Shown piece by piece: positions 50,426 to 60,304 of a stretch of 64,000 nucleotides of DNA (positions are counted from its first letter, which is position 1; each line of letters begins with the position of its first letter). Both the position numbers and the translations under genes were made by a program. Below the pieces are notes generated by a model. The model did not search any database, was not told where the DNA came from, and was given only the letters and a program-made list of their open reading frames with translations. Source of the stretch: an uncultured delta proteobacterium (GTDB lineage Bacteria; Myxococcota_A; UBA9160; UBA4427); assembly GCA_963822965.1 (NCBI GenBank), contig CAWGJT010000006.1, positions 1 through 64,000 on the forward strand, written 5' to 3'.

Positions 50426-51498
50426 GGCGCGACCTCGCTCGGGGGCGCCGAGCCGTCCGCGCAGGCGCCCCCGCTCTCGCCGACCTTGGGCTGGATCAGC
50501 ACCGAAGCCGCCCCGGTCACCGTGACGCGCTCGTTCGACAGGTCGAAGGAGATCTCCTCCCCGCGGACCCGGTCGCAGCCCTCGAGCACCTCGGCCTGCC
50601 CCCGGCACACGAGGGTCTGCGCTTCGCGCTCGTAGCGGGCCCGCTCGCAGCGGGCCCGGCGCCCCCCCTGGGCGACCCGCACCCGACCGGAGGCCAGCAG
50701 CAGGTCGGGCTGGGACGCGCCCTGGGCGTACACCGCCTCCAGGCGGTCTGCGTTGAGGATGATGTTGCCCTGGTGCACCTCGACGTTGCGCGAGAAGACC
50801 AGGCGCCGGCCGCCGTCCTGGGGCAGCACCTCGAGCTCGTCCGAGTGGATCTGGATGGGATCGTCGCGCCGCACGCCGGGCAGCATCGCCAGGCCGACGC
50901 CGGCGGCGTCGTCCTGGGTACCCGATTGCTCGCTCGCACCGGTCGCGGGGGCCTCTGCGGATGCGGTCGGCGCCGGGGCGGCGACATCGGGGAGCGCGTC
51001 GCTGCCAGCGTCCACCGGATCGCCCAGGTCCGCCAGGATGAGCCGCGCCAGGTGGTCGACGGCGCCCGGCAAGGCCGCGTCGGAGTCCGGCGCCAGGCGA
51101 TACTCGGCGCGCGCGACCCCCGAGTGCCCCGAGCGCAGCTCCACCGACACGTCGAGCCCGCCGCGGGGTGCCCGCCGCGTGCGCCCCACGATCACGTTGT
51201 CGACGTCGTTCCGCTCGGCCCAGCGCCGCACGTCCCCCGCTTCGGGCGCGTCGAGGCCGCGTCCGTCCGAGACCAACGACCCGGGCGGCACGATGCGGGT
51301 GGGCGACAGAACGGCAAGCTCCTCGGCCAGCCGGCTCGCCACGTCGGGAACGGGCGCGCCGTGGGCGTCGGCGGCGAACGGCGCGACGGCGATGCCCCGA
51401 TCGGGATCCGCCCCCTCGGCCGCCGCCTCGCTCGCGCGGGCGAAGCCCAGAGCGAGCACGGCGGCTCCCAGCGCAGCAGCGAGGACGCGAACGCTCAC
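50422..51498 (-). CDS. lptA: LptA/OstA-domain protein with an extra N-terminal domain
   Basis: C-terminal PIQIHSDELE..VFSRNVEVHQG..LNADRLE..LASGRVRVAQG; located between lptC and lptB. Confidence 0.8.
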   Translation of the reverse strand: MSVRVLAAALGAAVLALGFARASEAAAEGADPDRGIAVAPFAADAHGAPVPDVASRLAEELAVLSPTRIVPPGSLVSDGRGLDAPEAGDVRRWAERNDVDNVIVGRTRRAPRGGLDVSVELRSGHSGVARAEYRLAPDSDAALPGAVDHLARLILADLGDPVDAGSDALPDVAAPAPTASAEAPATGASEQSGTQDDAAGVGLAMLPGVRRDDPIQIHSDELEVLPQDGGRRLVFSRNVEVHQGNIILNADRLEAVYAQGASQPDLLLASGRVRVAQGGRRARCERARYEREAQTLVCRGQAEVLEGCDRVRGEEISFDLSNERVTVTGAASVLIQPKVGESGGACADGSAPPSEVAP

Positions 51499-52019
51499 GG
51501 CTTCTGCACCACGCTCGCCCCGCCCAGCAGGCGGAAACGCCGTTCGCGCACGAAGTACTGGAAGCCCCCGCCCTGGTAGGTGATGGCGTCCTCCGAGATG
51601 AGCACCGGCGCGTTCGTGAAGAGCAGACCCGCGTCGTGGTCGTACTTCACCCAGGGCGCCTCGAACTGGCGGTCGCCGTCGGTGCGACCGCGGACGTTGC
51701 CGCGCGCCTCGAAGTCGTTGGTGGCCACGTCGAGCTCGCCGCTGTCACAGCGGATCTCGAACTCGCCCGCCGAACGGGACGGCTCGACCGTGGCGTGCAC
51801 GTCGTCGAGGTAGACCCGTTCCTGCTCGGTGTCGAAGCGGGCGTGCGCGGCGTGCAGCACCAGCTCGTTGCCCGGCCCCCGACTCGCGATGAACGTCATG
51901 CCATCGACGTCGAGCAGCGGCGGCTCCGCGTGCAGGGGCGTCGCGATCAGGAACGCCGCGAGCAGACCGCTCGCGGCGATTCGGGACCTGACCGGGAGCT
52001 GGATCGCGCGAACAGCCAT
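51495..52019 (-). CDS. lptC: LPS export periplasmic protein LptC-like
   Basis: Hydrophobic N-terminus, beta-jellyroll-like pattern (FEARGNVRG..LFTNAPVLI..YQGGGF); synteny. Confidence 0.7.
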   Translation of the reverse strand: MAVRAIQLPVRSRIAASGLLAAFLIATPLHAEPPLLDVDGMTFIASRGPGNELVLHAAHARFDTEQERVYLDDVHATVEPSRSAGEFEIRCDSGELDVATNDFEARGNVRGRTDGDRQFEAPWVKYDHDAGLLFTNAPVLISEDAITYQGGGFQYFVRERRFRLLGGASVVQKP

Positions 52020-52120
52020 GCAATTACCATACCTCGCGAATCCGACCGATACGCTGCCCCACACGGTTGCGCTCGCGGATTCCCACCGGAGCGCCCGCCG
52101 CGAGGACGGACCTCGGAGCT

Positions 52121-52453
52121 TCAGTCGGTCTGCCCGACGAGGGTCTTGATGGGCTCGTGGGAGCCCAGCCAGTACGCCGGACGGAAGATCAGGGTGTCGA
52201 GGATGACCCCGACGGGATGGAGCGCGTAGGCGAGAACCCGGAGGGGGTTCCCGGCATCGCTCGGCTCGTAGGCGTTGTCGGGCTCGAACAGCTCGGCCTC
52301 GATTCCGGCTGCGGCCTCGTCCTTCGGTTCGTCGGCGACCACCGGCCGCGCCAGCACGAGAGCCGAGAGTGCGACCACGACCAGGAGCGATCCACGAACG
52401 AGCCCGGCGCCGCGCCGCTGCGATCGTCGTGAGCCCGCCGTCTCCGTGATCAT
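52121..52453 (-). CDS. Small secreted/membrane hypothetical protein
   Basis: Signal-like leader; AGNPLRVLAYALHPVGVILDTLIFRPAYWLG; GGGGAGG RBS. Confidence 0.7.
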   Translation of the reverse strand: MITETAGSRRSQRRGAGLVRGSLLVVVALSALVLARPVVADEPKDEAAAGIEAELFEPDNAYEPSDAGNPLRVLAYALHPVGVILDTLIFRPAYWLGSHEPIKTLVGQTD

Positions 52454-52683
52454 GCCGACCTCCCCTTCGTCCACGCGACGGAGGTTACCCCTTCGATCGG
52501 CTACCCGGCCACCGCCATTGAGATCTCGCGCAGCGCAGGTGCGCGCGCGCCGGAGCCGCTTCGACCGGAAGCTCGCGCGCCCGGCCCGCGGCTTTCCAAC
52601 GGATTGCCGATCGGCTGCGCGGTGCGTGCCGGGTGCACGCCGCTGTCCGCCGCGCTGGTCGACCCCGCGGGAAGGCGCGTGGC

Positions 52684-54123
52684 TCAGCGTCGCCAGAAGG
52701 CCGGGTTGAAGAGGACGAGCAGGGTGAAGAGCTCGAGGCGCCCCGCCAGCATGCAGAACGCCAGCACCAGCTTCACCGCTCCCGGGAAGATCGCGAAGTT
52801 GTCGTACGGACCCGCCAGCCCCAGGCCGGGTCCCACGTTGCCCGTCGCCGTCAGCGCCGCGGAGAGCGACGTGACCACGTCGAAGCCGCTCGCGGAGACG
52901 ATCGCGGCGGCCACCACGACCACCAGGAAGTACGCGGCGAAGAAGGTCCAGACCCCGGCCATGACGTCGGGCGGCACCGGCTTGCCGCCGAAGCGCACGG
53001 CGGGGCGCACCGCGTTCCGGTGACCGACCAGCGTGAATGCGGAACGCAGGGACCGGATCCCCAGCACGATGCGCAGGCTCTTCACGCCGCCGCAGGTGGA
53101 GCCCGCCATGGCGCCGAGCGCCATCAGCTGCAGGATGATGATCTGGGAGACGGCCGGCCAGTGCTCGAAGTGGGCCGTCGCGAAGCCGGTGCCCGTCAGC
53201 AGCGAGACCGCCTGGAAGCTCGCGACCCGGGCCCGGTGGTCGGGGTAGAGGTCGGTGGCCCAGAGGATCGCGATGAAGATCAGGCACACGCTGACGGTGA
53301 GGACCGTGTAGTAGCGGAGCTCCGTATCGCGGAACACCTCCCGCGCCCGCCCCGTCAGCATGCGGTAGTGGAGCACGAAGTTCACGCCCGCCAGGAACAT
53401 GAAGATCGTGACGATCCAGTGGATGGCGTCCGAGTCGTAGGCGCCCACGGACTGGTCGCGCGGAGAGAAGCCGCCCGTGGACAGCGTCGACATCGCGTGA
53501 CAGAGGGCGTCGAAGGCCGGCATGCCGGCGATCACCAGGGCGAGCCACTGGGCGGTCGTGAGGCCCACGTAGATGAACCACAGCTGGCGCGCGGTCTCCG
53601 CCACCCGGGGGCGCACCTTCTCCTTCACGGGTCCGGTGACCTCGGCGCGGAAGAGCGACATCCCGCCGATCCCGAGCAGCGGCATCAGGGCCACCGTGAA
53701 GACCACGATCCCCATGCCCCCGAGCCACTGGGTGAGCGAGCGCCACAGCAGCAGCGCGTGCGGCTGCCCGTCGATGAAGGGCAGCACCGTGGATCCGGTG
53801 GTGGTGAAGCCGGAGACCGACTCGAAGATCGCGTCCACCGGGCCGAGGACGCCCGCGGTGACGTACGGCAGGGCCCCGAAGATCGACGCGGCGATCCAGG
53901 CCGCCGACACGATCAGGAAGCCGTCCCGCGGCCGGACCCGCACGGTCGCCGGCTTGACGAAGAGCCCGACGGGCAGGCCGACCGCGACGGCGATGCCCAT
54001 GGACACCAGGTACGGGACGACGTTGTCGCCCATCCAGAGCGCCGTGACGGTGGGAACGATCTGGAAGGCCCCGATGAACAGGACGAGCCAGCCCACGAGC
54101 TGTACGGCGAGCGGCAGATTCAA
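52684..54123 (-). CDS. trkH: Trk potassium uptake membrane protein
   Basis: FESVSGFTTTGST, WLGGMG, LSTGGFS, GNVGPGLG, GRLE. Confidence 0.95.
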   Translation of the reverse strand: MNLPLAVQLVGWLVLFIGAFQIVPTVTALWMGDNVVPYLVSMGIAVAVGLPVGLFVKPATVRVRPRDGFLIVSAAWIAASIFGALPYVTAGVLGPVDAIFESVSGFTTTGSTVLPFIDGQPHALLLWRSLTQWLGGMGIVVFTVALMPLLGIGGMSLFRAEVTGPVKEKVRPRVAETARQLWFIYVGLTTAQWLALVIAGMPAFDALCHAMSTLSTGGFSPRDQSVGAYDSDAIHWIVTIFMFLAGVNFVLHYRMLTGRAREVFRDTELRYYTVLTVSVCLIFIAILWATDLYPDHRARVASFQAVSLLTGTGFATAHFEHWPAVSQIIILQLMALGAMAGSTCGGVKSLRIVLGIRSLRSAFTLVGHRNAVRPAVRFGGKPVPPDVMAGVWTFFAAYFLVVVVAAAIVSASGFDVVTSLSAALTATGNVGPGLGLAGPYDNFAIFPGAVKLVLAFCMLAGRLELFTLLVLFNPAFWRR

Positions 54124-54504
54124 GGCCCGTCCCCCCTTCGGACGCGCCAGAACGTACAGCAGCACCCCAGCCGCGTTGCGCGCTGCCCGCCCCGCCCCCC
54201 AAGGGGACCAGGACGATCGGCCTCCGCTTCAGAGTCCTGTGGAACGGAATTTTATCCGGCTCCGATCGGAACCGACCCCGTTTTCTCCTTCGAGTGGCCC
54301 ATGCTTCCGAAGTCCACTCGCGAGACCACACCATTTCTTGCCCTCCGGACCGAATGTTTTTCGGCCCTCCTCCCGATCAACTGGCTATTTGCACAAAAAT
54401 CGGCGATCTTTCCCGCCTTGGTGGCGTCCCGGTTCGGCGCCGTCCGCGAGAATCGCGTCGAAACGGTCGAAGCGACCCGAAACGGCGAAAGCTGGGAGCG
54501 CTCC

Positions 54505-56235
54505 ATGACGGCACAGATCCCTACCGGCGCAGAGAAGCTCATCCGCTGCCTCGAACGCGAGGGCGTGGAGTACATCTTCGGCCTCTCCGGCGGCGCGGCC
54601 ATGCCGATGTTCGACGCGCTGGTGGACTCGACGATCCAGCTGGTCATGGTCCGCCACGAGCAGGGCGCGACCCACATGGCCGACGGCTACGCCCGCGCCA
54701 CCGGGCGCCCCGGCGTCGTGCTGGTCACCTCGGGCCCCGGCGCCACGAACACGGTCACCGGCATGCTCACCGCCCTGATGGACTCGGTGCCCATCATCGT
54801 GCTCTGCGGTCAGACGATCCGGCCCATGCTCGGCAAGGACGCCTTCCAGGAGGCCGACGTCACGGGCATCACCTACCCGGTGGTCAAGCACAGCTACCTG
54901 GTGAAGGACGCTGCCGACATTCCGCGCGTGGTGCGCGAGGCCTTCCACATCGCCACGACGGGCCGACCGGGCCCGGTGCTGATCGATCTCCCCAAGGACG
55001 TCACCCAGGGACCGTGCGACGCGCCCTTCGTCGACGACGTCGACCTGCCCGGCTACACCGTGCCGACCCGGGCCCGCCCCGAGGACCTGACGCGCGCCGC
55101 CGAGCTGCTCCGGGCCGCCAAGCGACCGCTGCTCTACGTGGGACACGGCGCGGTGATCTCCGGCGCCGGCAAGGCGGTGATCAGCCCTGGCCGAGAAGCT
55201 GCGCGCGCCCATCGTGAACACCCTGCTCGGCAAGGGCGCCGTCGACGAGACCCATCCGCTGCACCTCGGCATGCTCGGCATGCACGGCACCGCCTACGCG
55301 AACAAGGCGGTGGTCGAGTGCGACCTGCATCATGGCCATCGGCGCCCGCTGGGACGACCGCATCACCGGCAAGCTCGACGAGTTCTGCGCGGACGCCGTC
55401 GAAGATCCACATCGACATCGACCCGTCCGAGTTCAACAAGATGATCCGCCCCGACGTCGCCGATCCAGGGCGACGCGCGGCTCGTGCTCGAGGAGCTGCT
55501 GCCCGCTGATCGAGCCGCGGAGACACGCGCCGAGTGGCTGGCGCAGTGCGAGGACTGGCGGCACGCAGTACCCGCTCAAGTACCCGAAGCAGGGCGGCCT
55601 GCGCGCCCAGCACGTGCTCGACCGGCTGAACGCGCTCACCGAGCGGCGACGGCGATCGATCGCCACGGACGTGGGCCAGCACCAGATGTGGGCGGCCCAG
55701 TTCTGCCTCGCCACCACCAACCGCCACTGGCTCAGCTCGCGGCGGCGCCGGCACCATGGGCTTCGGCTTCCCGGCGGCCATCGGCGCGCAGTTCGGCCAC
55801 CCGGACAAGGAGGTGTGGGCGGTCGTGCGGCGACGGCGGCTTCCAGATGACCCTGGCGAGCTCGCGACCGCCGCAGTCCACAAGCTCCCCGTGAAGTGCC
55901 TCATCATCAACAACAACTACCTGGGCATGGTCCGCCAGTGGCAGGAGCTCTTCTACGACAACCGCTATTCGGGCGTCGACCTGGAGGGCAACCCCGACTT
56001 CGTGAAGCTCGCCGAGGCCTACGGCATCAAGGCGCTTCCGCATCAAGCGGCCGGCGGACGTGGATCGCATCCTGCAAGCAGGCGCGCGCGTACGCGAGGG
56101 CCCCTGCGTGGTCGTCGCCGAGGTGGTCAAGGAGGACAACGTCTTCCCGATGATCCCGGCCGGCGCCGCCATCAAGGACATGATCATCGAGAAGCCCCAG
56201 CGCGCGCATGGAAAAGCCCGACGGGCAGCACCTGA
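54505..56235 (+). CDS. ilvB: Acetolactate synthase large subunit (many indels 55180-56220)
   Basis: [66 protein letters not shown]. Confidence 0.95.
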
Positions 56236-56290
56236 TGCGTCCGCCCTGCGCCGCTCCGTCCGACGCGCAGCGGCCGACCCCGGAGAAGCC

Positions 56291-56821
56291 ATGAGCGTCG
56301 TCGCCATCGCCCCGACCCCTGCCGTCGATTCCAGCGGCACCCACACCATCTCGCTCTTCGTGCACGACCGTCCCGGCGTCCTGGTGCGCGTGGCCCTGGT
56401 GTTCGCGCGCCGGGGCTACAACATCGAGAGCCTGGTGGTGAGCCCCGCCGCGGGCGCCGGCTTCTCGCGCATGACGATCACCTGCTCGGGTGATCCGGCG
56501 ACCCTGGATCAGATCATCCGGCAGCTCAAGAAGCTCGTGGACGTGGTGAGCGCCATCGACCACACGGGCGACGCCGCGTACGAGACGGAGATCGCCCTGA
56601 TCAAGCTCGACGTGAAGGACGACGACCGCAACCAGGTGCTGCAGATCGCCGAGCACTTCAACGCGAAGGTGGTCGACTACGCGGTGACCAGCGTGATGCT
56701 GCGGGTCTACGGCAGCAGCGAGAAGCTCGACGCGCTGATCGCCCTGCTCCGACCCTACGGCATCTCCGAGCTCGTGCGCTCGGGCAAGATCCTGATGGCC
56801 CGGGGCCAGTTCACGACCTGA
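56291..56821 (+). CDS. ilvN: Acetolactate synthase small subunit
   Basis: HTISLFVHDRPGVLVRV..FARRGYNIESL; ELVRSG. Confidence 0.95.
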   Translation: MSVVAIAPTPAVDSSGTHTISLFVHDRPGVLVRVALVFARRGYNIESLVVSPAAGAGFSRMTITCSGDPATLDQIIRQLKKLVDVVSAIDHTGDAAYETEIALIKLDVKDDDRNQVLQIAEHFNAKVVDYAVTSVMLRVYGSSEKLDALIALLRPYGISELVRSGKILMARGQFTT

Positions 56822-58484
56822 GCACCCGACCGGGCAGCTCGCCCTCCGGATCCACCACGTCCCGGCCCTGCTCGCGGATCGGCGTGCCGTTCACGATCAC
56901 CGCCTCGATGCCCGTCGCGTCCGAGACGAGCCGGTCGGCGCCCGCCGGGAAGTCGTGGACGCGCCGCAGCGGGCTGCAGCCGACGGTCTCCGGGTCGAAG
57001 ATGGTCACGTCCGCGGCCAGGCCGGGGGCGAGCCGCCCGCGATCGCGAATGCCGAACACGTCCGCCGAGCGCGACGTCAGCAGGCGTACCGCCTCCTCGA
57101 GCGAGAGCACGCCCTTCTCGCGCACCCAGTGGGCCAGCATGTGGGTGGGCGCGCAGGCGTCGCAGAGCTGGCTCGCGTGGGCGCCCGCGTCGGACAGGCC
57201 CAGCATCGAGGCCGGGTGCCGCAGCAGCTCGGCGACGGCCTCCTCGTCGGTGTTCATGATGGCGATGCGGAAGCGCGCCTCGAGGTCGGTGTCGAGCCCC
57301 ATGTCCAGCACCAGGTCCACCGGATGCACGCCCCGCTCCGCGGCCACGTCCGTCACCCGGCGCTCCTCGAGGCGGCGGTCGGGCGCGTACTCGGCGATCC
57401 AGGTGTCCTGCCAGCGTCCCGAGATTCCTCCCTTCTCGGCGCGCTGGCGGAAGGCCGCCCGGAAGGCCGGATCGGCGTAGATGCGCTTGCGTCCCTCGAA
57501 GTCGGCGCGCGAGACGGGCTGGAAGAGCGACAGGCTCTCGAAGGGGAACGGCGCCTTCCACTGGAACTCGAACATGAGCGGACGACAGGCCACCTGGGGG
57601 ACCACGTCGACGCCTTCGGCCTGGAGCCTGCCGCTCTGCTCCAGCACGCCGCGGTGGCCGTCGGGCCCGAGCATGCCGGCGAGCAGGGCCGTGAAGCTGA
57701 CGGGGCGTCCCGTGGCCCGGCCGATCTGCTCGAACTCCTTCAGGAAGAATCCGCGGCCGAGGGTCGCCTGGAGCACGCCGCGTCCCGCCTCGCCGAGGCA
57801 CGACGCCAGCCGCGCGATCTCGTCGAGGTTGGCGGCCCGGCTGGGCACCGGCCGACCGGCGTAGCCCACGTGGGTAGGGGACTGGGAGGTCGCGAAGCCC
57901 AGGGCGCCGGCCGCGAGCCCTTCGGCGACCAGCCGCCGCATGGTCTCGACCTCGTCCGGCGTGGCCTCGCGCTCGGTGGACGCCTCGCCCATCACGTACA
58001 TGCGCAGGGGGGTGTGTCCCAGCAGCGCCCCGACGTTGATGGCGGGCCCGCGGGCGTCGACGGCGTCGAGGAACTCCGGGAAGGTCTCGAAGGGCCAGTC
58101 CTCGCCCACGCCCGCGCGCAGTGCGTCGAGGGACATGCCCTCGACGTTCTCGAGCGTCCGGAGGATCAGGTCCCGGTGCTCGGGACGCGTCGGCGCGATG
58201 CCGAAGCCGCAGTTGCCGATGACCACCGACGTGACGCCGTGCCAGGGCGAGATGGTGAGCATCCGGTCCCAGAACACCTGGGCATCGTAGTGGGTGTGGA
58301 TGTCGACGAATCCCGGCGCCACGACGCGACCGTCCGCCTCGATCACCCGGTCGGCGCTGCCGGAGACGTCGCCCAGGGCGGCGATCCGGCCGTCGCGCAC
58401 CGCGAGGTCGCCGCGCACCGCGGGGGCACCCGTTCCGTCGACCAGCGTGCCGCCGCGAATCAGCAGCGCGTAGTGCTCGCTCAT
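56811..58484 (-). CDS. N-acyl-D-amino-acid deacylase family amidohydrolase
   Basis: APGFVDIHTHYD, HGVTSVVIGNCG, SDAGAH, DRGRLAPG. Confidence 0.92.
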   Translation of the reverse strand: MSEHYALLIRGGTLVDGTGAPAVRGDLAVRDGRIAALGDVSGSADRVIEADGRVVAPGFVDIHTHYDAQVFWDRMLTISPWHGVTSVVIGNCGFGIAPTRPEHRDLILRTLENVEGMSLDALRAGVGEDWPFETFPEFLDAVDARGPAINVGALLGHTPLRMYVMGEASTEREATPDEVETMRRLVAEGLAAGALGFATSQSPTHVGYAGRPVPSRAANLDEIARLASCLGEAGRGVLQATLGRGFFLKEFEQIGRATGRPVSFTALLAGMLGPDGHRGVLEQSGRLQAEGVDVVPQVACRPLMFEFQWKAPFPFESLSLFQPVSRADFEGRKRIYADPAFRAAFRQRAEKGGISGRWQDTWIAEYAPDRRLEERRVTDVAAERGVHPVDLVLDMGLDTDLEARFRIAIMNTDEEAVAELLRHPASMLGLSDAGAHASQLCDACAPTHMLAHWVREKGVLSLEEAVRLLTSRSADVFGIRDRGRLAPGLAADVTIFDPETVGCSPLRRVHDFPAGADRLVSDATGIEAVIVNGTPIREQGRDVVDPEGELPGRVLRS

Positions 58485-58529
58485 GGCTTCCTCCTGGCAC
58501 GGCCGCCGGGGCGGCCGCCGATGCGATCT

Positions 58530-59030
58530 TCAGCTCTGCAGCCGCTTCTCCACCTCGCCGTCGAGGACACGGGCGAGGCTCATGAACGCGTCGAGGATCT
58601 CTTCCTTGTCGTTGCGCTCGCTGCCGGCGCACAGGCCTTCGAGCAACGCCGACAGACGCGACTCCACCTGACGCATGTCCCGCACCCCGGTCTCGGTGAG
58701 CTCGAGGCGGATGCCGCGGCGGTCCGCCTCCACCTGCACGCGCCGGATGCGACCGTCCTTCTCCAGTCCGTCCACCAGGGACGTGAGGGTCGGCCGCTGG
58801 ATGGCGGCACGCGCCGCCAGCTCCCCGGCCCGCTTGGGGCCATGGCGCAGGAAGAGCAGCAGCCGGTACTGCGGAATGCTGATCCCCTCGTCCCGGCAGA
58901 CCCGCTCGAACTCGCGGTACAGGAAGACGATGGCTCGAACGGCGCTGCGGGCCCTACGATCGGGCTCCCGGGCCTCGGCGCTGACGGCGCCGATCCGCTC
59001 GGATTCGTCCGCGGCGGGATTGTCGGACAT
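58530..59030 (-). CDS. MarR family regulator
   Basis: ISIPQYRLL..ELA..TLTSLVDGLEKDGRIRR..DRRGIRLELT. Confidence 0.9.
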   Translation of the reverse strand: MSDNPAADESERIGAVSAEAREPDRRARSAVRAIVFLYREFERVCRDEGISIPQYRLLLFLRHGPKRAGELAARAAIQRPTLTSLVDGLEKDGRIRRVQVEADRRGIRLELTETGVRDMRQVESRLSALLEGLCAGSERNDKEEILDAFMSLARVLDGEVEKRLQS

Positions 59031-59068
59031 TGCGGTTACGTTACCCCAACCGGCAGCGCCGGTGGGAG

Positions 59069-59462
59069 GTGAGCCCTGCAGGTCAAAGCGCTCGATTACA
59101 CGGTGCTGATCGTCGAGGATCTCGACCGGGCCCTGGCCTTCTACGTGGAGGGTCTGGGGCTCCCCCTGAACCACCGCCGGGGTCCGTACGCGCAGCTCCA
59201 GACGGGGGTCACCCGCCTGGCGTTCTACGAGCGGTCGGCGCTCGCGCAGACCCTGGGCATCGCCCTCGAGGCACCTGCCGCCAATGCGCCGGGCTTCGAG
59301 CTCGCCTTCTTCGTGGCCAACGTGGACCGCGCGTACGCGGAGCTCGTGGTCACGGGCGCGACCGCCGTCACCCCCCCGGCCGACCGGCCGTGGGGGCAGC
59401 GGACCGCCTACGTGCGCGATCCGGACGGGCATCTCGTCGAGCTGGTGGAGCCTCGCGCGTGA
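59069..59462 (+). CDS. VOC/glyoxalase family protein (indel just after the GTG start)
   Basis: LDYTVLIVEDLDRALAFY, PWGQRTAYVRDPDGHLVEL. Confidence 0.9.
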
Positions 59463-59501
59463 GCGACGCGATGCGCCGCACCGGCTGCCGGGAGACGGCG
59501 C

Positions 59502-60056
59502 TCAGGCGCCGTCCCGATTGCGGTAGCGCGGCACGCCGAACTCGGGCGGCAGGTTGAGGATCTGGGAGGGGAAGGCCTCCACCAGGAACTGCACCACGTC
59601 CCGCACCGAGACGATGATCTGCGGGCACCCGTCGTCGTCCACCGCCGGCACGTGCCGGAAGCCGCCGACGGACATCTTGTTCAGCACCCAGGCGATGGTG
59701 GCGTTCAGGGCGAGGGACTCGGGGTCGCGCACCATCACCTCGTCGAGGGTGACCGTGGCGGGATTGCGGCCGCGATTGATGATGCGGAGCAGGATGTCCC
59801 GCTCGGTGAAGATGCCCGCGAGTCGCGAGCGCGAGGTGCCGTCCTCGGTGATGAGAACGCATCCGCGATGCTCGCGCTGCATGGCCTGCATCGCCTCGGA
59901 TACCGCGTCCGACCCCTTGAAGCAGATCGGCCTGCGGCTCGGCAGAGCGGTCAGCGGCTCCTGCAGCAGGTGCGCGTCGAAGACATCGCGCTTGCGCTCC
60001 CGGGGCTCGTCGAAGTAGGCGTCGTCCGGCAACGTTCCATCCAGCTCGGTTTGCAT
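59502..60056 (-). CDS. CBS domain pair protein
   Basis: GIFTERDIL, VMVRDPE, GFRHVPAVD, IVSVRDVV. Confidence 0.9.
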   Translation of the reverse strand: MQTELDGTLPDDAYFDEPRERKRDVFDAHLLQEPLTALPSRRPICFKGSDAVSEAMQAMQREHRGCVLITEDGTSRSRLAGIFTERDILLRIINRGRNPATVTLDEVMVRDPESLALNATIAWVLNKMSVGGFRHVPAVDDDGCPQIIVSVRDVVQFLVEAFPSQILNLPPEFGVPRYRNRDGA

Positions 60057-60304
60057 GAGGGGTCCTCCCGTGGGTCGCGCCGCCACCCGGGTGCGGTCGT
60101 CATCAGGAGCGTTCTCGATCGGGGCTGTCTCGAGGTCCCTGATCCGGCGCGGTTCTCGATCGGGACTGACTCGTATAATACCCTGAAACCGGCCCCCCGT
60201 CCGAATGGCAATCGTCCGGCGCACCTGCCCCCCATGGGGCATCGCGCTCGACCCGGCGCACGAGCCGCGGCAAGGGGGGGATCCTGGGCGCGCTCGACTG
60301 GATC

